Shown here in pieces: positions 54,468 to 64,000 of a stretch of 64,000 nt of DNA (the stretch's first letter is position 1; the number at the start of each line of letters is the position of its first letter). The position numbers and the translations under genes are program-made. The notes under the pieces were generated by a model. That model was not told the origin of the DNA, did no database searches, and saw only the letters and a program-made list of their open reading frames with translations. The DNA is taken from assembly GCA_950097015.1 (NCBI GenBank), contig CATNEN010000001.1, forward strand, positions 16,182,001 through 16,246,000, written 5' to 3'. Source of the DNA: Macrostomum hystrix. Lineage: Eukaryota; Animalia; Platyhelminthes.

Positions 54468-57400
54468 CCTGGTGTAAAAGTCATCGTCCGCCGGACGTCT
54501 TTCGGACCCCTACGGTCCCATTTTGGCCTTCGTCAGCTCAGCTAAAAAATAATCGAGTTAGCTGCTGAAAACGTCTTAAGAGGTCTTGATTTCAGTTATA
54601 AATGCATTTAAAAGATGAAAAAAGGTGTACTTCGTACAGTCCGATTTGAGTCCGAAAAAGGCCGACGAGAAGGACGATGTTCCAAAAAAAATTACTCGTG
54701 AGTTAGCTGCTAAAAACGTCTTAAAAGGCCTTGATTTCAGTTCTAAATGCATTTAAAAGATGAAAAAATGTGTAATTCGCACAGTCCGAAATTAGTCCGC
54801 AAAAGGCCGACGCGTCCGCGGTCCGTTTTGAGTCCTCAATAGGGCGACGAGGAGGACGATATTCCATAAAAAAATTCTTGAGTTAGCTGCTGAAAACGTC
54901 ATAAAAGGCTTTATTTTCCGTTACTTATGCATTTAAAAGATGAAAAATTGTGTAATTCCAACAGTCCGATTCCAGTCCGCAAAAGGACATTTTTTGATCT
55001 ACTGTACAGAACCTAACATGCTTGAAATACTACTCGTATTTAAACGTTAGTAGTGCAGCAAGTTAAATGTTTGGTTTGTATAATCGTAATATTTAGTTTT
55101 TAGACATAAATTATTTACTATACATATACTTACTGTTTTACTGATCAGTGAGAGCTAGGAAATAAAATTTGTGTGCATCAGTGAAACAATTTACGAGTAT
55201 ATAGTGGAATCATCAAAATATTCTGAGCGTGTATACAATTCGATCTTCTGGTCGGCCATGCATATTCCGGCTGTCTGCAGTAAACCGCTCAATAGCCGTA
55301 TAAAATGATTGATAATGCGGCAACTGCTTTAATTGCATTACATCTCGAATAGCTATGTATTTAGGAGTATATAGAATAGGTAGAAATCGCATAATTGAGA
55401 TAGTCCGTTTTCCGTCCGATTTGAGTCCGTAAAAAGGCGACGTGAATGTAAAATTTAACAAACACATGCATTTTGACCGCAGGCAATAAAAAGTTTTGTC
55501 GCAGAAGAAGCCAGTTGCACTAAACTTAATAAGAAGTCAGAATCAATTTTTTAGTTTCAAATTGCAGCTTAAAAACGAAAGAATGGCCTGAGCAAAGTTT
55601 TTGAAAGCGCATGCACTGCAAACTTTCACTTTGACCTGACCGGATCCTCAATTAATTAGCTATTATGTACGTGAGAATTCTCGATTCGATCAACGAATTC
55701 TCAAAAACTATTCACAGTAAGACACTACAATTCATTAGACAAGACAAAGTGAATACAAACACCGATATCAAACGATCGCCATCACTTTGTGGTTTATATA
55801 TAAGTTAATTATTAAGTGAAAGTCTATTTGATCAGCAATGTCAGTGTAGCTTAGTTAGGATATATTATGAAGCTACAGGAATATTTTTTACAAAAAAGAG
55901 TGTTATTTTAAAGCGCATAGTGTATATTTACTTTTATTTAGCAAAAAATACATATTTTTGCAACATATTATAATGAATTGTACCATGTCAGGCTTAAATG
56001 CCTATATACTATATAGCTAGGTTACAATTCCTATTTTCTGCCCTAGATACTTCAAGTCTAACTTCTGTTTATTCTTGGGCTTTCACAAGTGGCTATTTTA
56101 TTGAAACAGTGAAAGAAACTGTTATATAGCTATGATATGAGAACTAATTGTCATGAAAAATGTATTATTACTTATTAGCTGGTTTAGGTATGTGGCATGC
56201 AGTTTTGGTCATGCTTAGGCATTAAGAAGCAAAGATCTGTCAGTCAACAGTGAGCTATAGCCAATCATGCCTTTCATAATCTTGGATGGCAGCAGCATTC
56301 AGGCTAGCTCTTGTTGGCCAAGCACCAGATACAGTAGAAGTTCCAGTAAGCTCTCGTACATGCAGATTGAGAATCTTGCCATTCCTTAACCTGTTTGAAA
56401 AGGATAAGGTGGTTAAGAGAGTTGTTGGTTAGCTTGTTGGTTTTAAATGTATTAAACAGAGCAGAAAAATAAAAAACATAGCACATATTTTGTATAGGCT
56501 AAGTAATTAATATAATTTATTATACCTATCCGGCCAATTGTGCAGTATGGTCAACAGCACAGCCACAGCTATTGTGCAGCATACGCTCGTATCTAAAGGC
56601 TGCACATGGCTGTTCAGTCCATGGACTGAGGGATGCCAGACCCACCTTCAGTTCCCCTAGTTAATATTGGTACCCATTTTACAGCTGGGTTGTAGCCAGC
56701 AGTTAGAGCGTTGGACTCGCATCTTAAAGCTTGATGGTTCGATTCCTGACTCGTATTTCAATTTGTGTCTCTAAGAAAGGCACTTAACTCTGAATTGCTT
56801 CAGTTCACCTAGCTAGCTATTAAATGGATGGGTACCGGTATTAGCTGTGGTAACTTATGGTGGGTGTAGCCTCACCCCAGTCAGTGGACTGTACTGGCTG
56901 TAGTCCACAGCCATACACAGTCTTCAGATGCGCTGCAAAATAGTTGCAGCTGTGGTTGTGCTGTCGGCTACACATCTGGCCCAATAGTGACAGGTGTAAT
57001 TAGTTATTGCATTATTATTAAATTTTTAACTGGGTGAACTGAAGCAAATAAGTTAGGCGTCTTGCCAAAGGGCATAAATTGTACTAGTAGAGTTGGGAAC
57101 CAAACCCCCACCCTAATTCCCGCTGCCTCATCTCTCCCATGTCTAATCCCTCCCCTTTCTCAGATTCCTACAGATAAAACGGCCGTCGTCTTTTAGGTTC
57201 TGTACGTGGCCCACAGGCTAATAAGTTTGACGACACTTAGCTGCTAAATACCATTGAACCAGACCAAATAACTCATGTATACACTGGGATACACTGAGAT
57301 ACCAGTACAAGTAATTTATCTTGCCTTAACTTGCTGCTGTTTCAAGATCTACTACACACCCATCTCTAAAGTTATCAGAGCTACTAATAAATGAACAAAA

Positions 57401-58477
57401 GTGTTTTTAAACCAACCTTGTACATGGATGCAAATAACTAATAATTGATTACACCAATTGGGCCAGATGTGCAGCCGACAGCACAGCCGGAGCTATTGCA
57501 CGGCGCATCTGAAGACTGCGTACAGCTGTACAGTCCATGGTCTGGGGGGACGCCACACCCACCTTCAAATATCCCAGCGAATGCTGGTACCATTTAACAG
57601 CTGGGTGAACTGAAGCAATGCAGTAGTTACATAAGTGTCTTGCTAAAGGACACAAATTGTCTCACATGAATGCAGCAGACCAAATAACCCTAGCTAGTAC
57701 CAACAGCTGTCAATAGCTAACGAATGGCTATAAGTTTTATGACACTTTAGGGTCTGACATACAAATGTGGTCTATGTTTAGTAAGCCTTTTAGTTCAAAA
57801 ATGCATGCATAGCACCTTTTTAGACAAACTGAACCTGTACACATTTATAATCGAAACCAATGGCTCAAAAAGCTAGTAGCTATCAATTGTGGGTTAGATG
57901 CCAAGTATTTCACAAAAGGATCATGATTAGTCAAGCACTTACAATGTGACTAGTTCTCAGATGCACTGATGTAAGGAAAGCAGTTGCTAGGTAGTACTGC
58001 CTTAAGCCAGTCAACAACGCCACCATTCCAGCTAGTGTGATAAGTACCTGTTCAATATTGTTGAATATTTTAATAGCTGAAAAATTTATTACTATTAGCC
58101 ATTTAAATTAGTCTGATAAAAAATGTTCGAGCTACAATTAAAACTAGTAACTCACCAGTCAGCTGAATTTATTTAATAGAACACTCTTGCCGAAACCTAG
58201 TCTTGTTTCGTCTGTCTTTGAATTTCTTTTATTTGTTTAATTCCTTCGAGATTCTTTTGATTGCTTCTCATTTGATTCCTCTGAGATTTCAGTGCTGAGT
58301 GCTCTTAAAAATCGATAATCATACAAAGATCTGTTCATACGATTTTGATTAAAAAGATACGAATTTGATTGAAACCACTTAATTTCAGATAGATTGCCAG
58401 TTATCTACTGTCGGATATCGAAAATCTATTGTCGGATCTACTGTCTACTGTCTACGATCTACTGTCGGAGATCTAAT

Positions 58478-58678
58478 ATGGAAAATCAGCAGAAGCAGCA
58501 GCAGCAGAAGCAGCAGCCCCAGAAGCAGCAGCAGGGCCCTGGCTCACCGTGGCTTCTTGAGCCACACACGGTGGGCCAGGGCCGAATTAAAGTGTGGAAA
58601 GTGAAGGTAGGTGCCGGGGCATCTGCCAACTTCACCCCGCCCCGGCACCTAGCTTCGGGCTCGGGCGGTGATAAATAA
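58478..58678 (+). CDS. Putative 66-aa polyQ micropeptide (copy C, MENQQKQ...)
   Basis: Diverged paralog with an in-frame 6-nt gain and synonymous changes. Confidence 0.4.
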   Translation: MENQQKQQQQKQQPQKQQQGPGSPWLLEPHTVGQGRIKVWKVKVGAGASANFTPPRHLASGSGGDK

Positions 58679-61600
58679 AAGGTTTGTTAAACCACGTACT
58701 TTTTGCTATTTTATACCATGGTTCTTCGCAATTCTTGGGTTTTTTAAATAATTCCTAAAATATGCTTTTAAACGTCCTAAAAAACTATACCCGGTTTTGC
58801 AGGTTTTACTTTCCTTAAAAAGTTCATATTGGTGCTAGGTGGTAAAACTAAATATCTTTCTAGCCATTAGCTACACGTCGTTTAACATGCTGCAATTCAC
58901 ACCACAAATGCTAACACAATATTACAATAAAGCAAAATGCATGCACTCACATTTAATGACATTAGAGTTGGATGCATGCCCTTGTTGCCATTGGATAAAG
59001 CATTTATTAAAGGTGCATGTTTTTAACTAAATAATGATATTTGCGTTGCATGCAAATACCAATTACGTATTTAAATTATCGCATTTGCGCCATAAAACTC
59101 CTTTTCGCCTTTCAGAGCACATATTCAGATGAGCAGAAGCTATAGTTGTGCGCCATGATAGAAGCTAGAAGCTAGAGCTGCAGATGGATTTTTGGATATC
59201 TATGCCTTCGTGTCTTTATATTTATTTCACGCTTATTTATTTATTACATGCACTGCATGCATTAAGTATTTATAAATTGCTTTAGCTTTGCACGACAACA
59301 AACATATTTATTGAGCTATTGCACCTTGCTTTGTGTTTAAGATGCACTTAAGATGCATGCATGCAATTAGCTTCTTAGAATGACTTGATATAATAGCTGG
59401 CATCTGTCCCTTAAAGGCTTGCTAAAATGTAGCTGAAATTCATAGTTGACCAGGGATCAAATTTCAACCGATAGCAAAAACTGTATACTGTCGAATTCCA
59501 ATTTTAGTTTTCCCCGTTCCAGAAAATCCTGAGACGTGTGTTGCAAGGTGGTCGGCAGAAAATGTACCGACGATCGACATCGCTCTTAGCTTTTACCTCG
59601 GATGTACAGGTATGCAGTTACTTTCTTCTTAAGCAGTTTGAGTTTAAATTCACATTAGGAATTCAAAATGAGATAAATGAATTGATCTAACCCTCTGCAG
59701 CATGGGGAATTTCAGTCAGCGTCGAGCACAAGTTGGCCCAGCGTCCCGGCTAGCTGCATCTGGCCGAGTTTAGCAGGTTAGAGAACGACAGCGACCTTCA
59801 CGAACTCCTTGTCATGTCAATAGAGTTCCACGGCTGCACTCGAACAACGTTAAGTGTGCTTTTTGTTTTTTAGTTTATGAAATAATGTGCAGCAACTATT
59901 AGTTTATTTATAGTATAGCATTTATAAGTACTCGTAGATATCATACTTTTATAGGAAACAGTCGGTCTCAATTACATGTCTTCAAAATCAAGGCTTAATT
60001 ACAGATGATAAGTCATGCATGGACAATATGAGAAAACACAAGAAAACAGAACAAAACATGGCCGTAAGAAACAATAGTTTACATGAGTGAAGTAGCGCAA
60101 CTGACAATCAGACAATCCGTGATGTAATTCTGAGTCATTGTCTGGATCATGTGATTTCTAGGGCAATGTAGGGATTTCTGAGGTATTAATTAAATTATGG
60201 GATTTCTGATTTGGGTGTCATTTTGTCTCAGTCATTTTTCTAAAAAAGTTTTAATTTCTCGTGGTCGAAGTGAAATTTGTAAAAGTGCTTGTCTCTTGGG
60301 TGGGTCTTGGTGATAAGCTTGTCCTCATAGTAATGCCTCAGCGCTCGCTTCATCGTTTCAAAGCTCATGTCCCGCCGCTTGTAACTGCCCTACGCCTCTG
60401 CTAGGCCGGTTGGGTTTAGAATTTGGAAAATGCCCTCCAGCTTGTTCTCCCAGCGCAAGCAGGGTGGCGACAGGTCAGCGACAGGCGGAGTTTCGAGTAA
60501 CTGGTACAGAAACTCCCACAGCCAAAAATTCCTGTCTGAGGTTGGGCAATGCTAAGTTTTGATAGCTAATTGTTGTTAAATACTAAAGATTCTCAAATCC
60601 CAAATTTTCGCAGCTCAAAAACACTAACCGATGCCAGCACGCTTCTTCCTTGTTCTTTTTATGACGCCTGGCGGCTGCACATGCGTTGGGAGATGCGAAG
60701 TGGGCGGATCAAGCGAATGAACCCAGCAAAGGGAGCAATCAATCGCCGAAGCATTCAGTCGCTGCTGCGGATGCTGTTGCTGTCCGATGGACCAGATGGA
60801 CTCCGATGCGCTCATGGCCCCAGTGTCATCTTCGTTGGCAACCGGCTTGTACAAATCGAAGAGGGCAGCGCTTTCGTAAGACTGGAGGTCACTGAATTCG
60901 CAGCGCATCACGGCGAAGTCCAAATTGTCTAGACTGCCCAGGTCATCGACGGGCTGGTAAGAATAAATGGGTTTGCGATTAGCTTGTCTCCCGTGAACAA
61001 TCAATCTAGACACAGTGTCCCATAGCTAGACAATCTAGCCACTCTCCGCAATCAAGTGTTGCTATAGTAACTGTCTTTCTAGCTATAAGCTAGCTACCTA
61101 GAAAATCTACGAGATTTTGATATACTCCTAATAGATACCCACTGTCTCCCATAGAACAACCAGTCACTGTCTCGAATCATATAGATTTACCTTTAGGGAT
61201 TCAGTTGTATTTCGGCTATCAAAATTCATTGTCCCAGTGTCTGGCACAGCCTCTAAGAGGAACCAGTTAATATTACTCTTGGCCGCTTCCGCTTTGTTGC
61301 TTATAGTTGTTGGAAAAAATATTGTGGCCGTGTCTCCGCTTTAGACAGCTAGCCAAATCAAGTTACAATGTAAGGTATCTATGCTACCCTAAAGCAAGGA
61401 CCTCTGAATACAAGCATCGATCTATTTATAGATGCTATTTATAGAAGTCCTTGCCCTAAAGAAACGCTTTGTTTGTCTAGTCTAGACTCTAGTGACTCTA
61501 GACTCTTATCTCTGCTGTGTATTTTACTTCCCCTCTGGATCTCTCAAAATTTAGTTGGGTTAGACCATGAAATTCCCCAGGCTATTGTATTGTCTACCAT

Positions 61601-61793
61601 TACGGTTGTAGACAATAATCAGTAAATATATTTCTAATTGGCATTGTCAAAGACAGTTGTTGTTGCTGTTTTGTTGTTGTATTGTCAATGACACTGATCC
61701 CTTTACAAATTTGGTAATATACGTTTATAATTTTAATTAAGGGCAATCATTCTAGACAGATAAATACTCGTATGTAAATTGGGTTTAAAACAT

Positions 61794-64000
61794 TGAAGTG
61801 GGTGGGCGTTGCAAGCGCTGACCTGCACTCATGAAAATAGATTCAGGGCGGGCGACATAGTCGACTTAATGACCGCTTAGCTACACGCGAGATTTCGCGG
61901 AAGGAGATGAGATGAAGGGGGGTTCAGCGGATGCAGGGAATGGTCCTATCGGCCTCAGGCTGGCCAGTCCCACTCGTCCCATAGGCCACAGGCATGACTG
62001 CCGTGCCTACCCCAAGCAGTGCTCGAAACCGGCTAAAAGTCTAAGAAGAGGGTCGGACTGCCCGGAATCGGACAGGGCAGGGCTAACTAGTCTACTGCCG
62101 TCAGTAGCGTGTAAGTAACTGACTCCTAACCGTGGTAGCGGTGGTCGAAACGGCCCAGGCTCTTGTCACAGAAATGCGGAAAGGCTATTGGCAAAGCGGA
62201 AAATGATCTCAGGTAGCGCCACCACCCAATGCGCCTACGTTGCCACCGCAGACATTTGGGAACTTGGGTCCCCCGAGTACACAGCTCCTAGTTTATCACG
62301 CAGATCTAGACAAGCCGAAAAATAGGGCATTCTGCAACTTCCGTTTTAGACTGGGGTGAGAACCCCAGAATGGATCGAGACACGCCTCAAAAGGGGATTC
62401 CTGAATTTGCGCTACAGGGGTCTAGAAAGGTGGTACTAAGAACTCGAATGAGAATCCATAGCCGGAATCCTACCCATGAAACATCAGGCACATTCTTTAC
62501 ATTAGACTGCAGCCTACACATTAAGTAACTAGCAAATCCGAATCTGTGTGAGATGAGGAAATCAGAGGCTGGAGAGATTAAGCAGAACCTGGCTGAGTGA
62601 TTATGCAAGCGAAGGATTAATTGGTCATCGCCCTCGCTTCCGTGGCGGCAGTCGCGAAAGGCGGGGAGCAGAGAGGAAACTAGATTGACAGGGGAGTTTG
62701 ACACGTACTCCTTGATCCGCCAGGGAGAGAGGAAAAACCCGCCAAGGAATTCCCCACCCCTAGCAGAGAAACACATGCTACGCTCCGCATTTTGCCTGCA
62801 AATCCCTAGCTCCTTATTACTCTTATGCGCGCTTACAATTGCCTTCCTGCCGCGGCCTTCAGCTCGGCATCACCAGAACCCGCCCCCCCTAAGCGATTAG
62901 CCACTCATGATAGAGGGCTGTCTAACGATAAAATAAGGGCGAAAGGGAGACATAGTAAAAGGTTTAAGTTGGTTATAAAAATAGCCCAATAAGTTAAATG
63001 ATGGCTGTAAATTAGATAGTTTATTAGGCTAAACAATTCCTAGCTCCCCTCCCACTAAGTGCCGCCTAACTTAAGGTAAATTGTCCCTTAGGATTAACAA
63101 TAATAAGCCGCTGCGCGGATTACTTAGCTGAACCTCGCTTGGCCGCGTGCTGCAGTCCCGTTGTTCTCGGGGAGAAAGGATGGGCAAAATTAGCAAGGCC
63201 GAGAAAGGAACTTCTGCGAGTTGGCAGGGGCCAACGCACTGGGAGCTCAGAGGCTCAATTTAGAGCTCACCTAAAGAGGTGGCTTGCGCTCAAGGAATGG
63301 AAACAGGCAATTGGCCTGTGCTATCTGCTCGGAGCTCAAGGCTCGAGGGTCTAAGCCCTACGTGGGTCCGGAATAGTGCTCTGGGTCCGGTGGGAGTCCG
63401 GCCCGGCAAGGAAGTAGGTCCGGGGAAGGAGAGGTAGGTCTCCCGGAAGGATAGGTAGGTTGTCCTAGGGGCAGCGCAGCGCGCTTTCTTAAATAGTCCT
63501 GCAGCACGCCAACCCCGACATCCATCAAAGCAACCCACATTCGCGCCAGCCTGTCAACGGGGAATCGAAGCGGCGATGGCCGCTCCGATTACCCAATGAA
63601 CCGACGGCGGGAAACGACAGATGTTCTGCTCGAACAGCCGTCGGCAGTCGGCCAATGATTGTTACTCCGCCAGGACAATGGGAAGCGCAGGCGCCGACCT
63701 GCCAACAGTGACATTTACATGTATCTAAAGGAGGGAGGTCATAAAGTCGAGCTGGGCTCGAATACTGTAAAGAAGTGGGGACATGAAGAATTAATGATCA
63801 CTCATAATGCCCGAGTGATTCCCAATATCTGATCGCGGTTTGGAGGAGAATTATGACCTAAACTACTCATACAATAAAAGCTGTGGCCGCGATCAGTCAT
63901 TCCTACAGGGGTCTAGACAGATCCAGGGAGAGGGGATTCGACGGCTACTTAATTCACCGCCGCCCCAAACCCGGCCCTAAGATTAATGATCGTGTTTGCG
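61794..64000 (-). mobile_element. LTR of a divergent subfamily of the 2.3-kb-LTR element (cut by the window end)
   Basis: Starts TG where homology to 12977 stops; colinear with 13098-~15315 but with many substitutions. Confidence 0.9.

Larger units (their letters stand above)
54468..64000. mobile_element. Copy C of the giant CACTA-type element (left end; runs off the window)
   Basis: cctggtgtaaaagtcatcgtccgccggac TIR, then colinear with 5066-12977. Confidence 0.85.

Overview
Eukaryotic (animal-like) repeat-dense DNA with GT-AG introns and tRNA-derived SINEs; the species cannot be assigned and no ordinary host gene is evident. The window reads as nested mobile elements. (1) A ~48-kb CACTA/EnSpm-type DNA transposon (copy B, 5066-53174; CCC...GGG termini, 29-bp TIRs, TA duplication) is inserted into another copy of its own internal sequence (copy A, 1-5065 plus 53175-54467). 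A third copy (C) starts at 54468. (2) Inside B are a 3-exon EnSpm-type transposase, a 4-exon SETD8/PR-Set7-like gene with two LKIRL-type motifs and Phe at both product-specificity tyrosines, two more spliced ORFs sharing a duplicated promoter, a polyQ micro-ORF and an 18-bp satellite. (3) Nested in B are an 11-kb LTR element with 2.3-kb LTRs encoding only Gag, protease, an orphan ORF and an antisense 3-exon small membrane protein; a frameshifted Mag-like Ty3/gypsy; a broken mariner; and an apparently intact 9-kb Ty3/gypsy with a Cys repeat in Pol and a non-env ORF3. Four independent insertions map to the same ~190 bp of one internal sub-repeat. All exon models were read by hand and are predictions.
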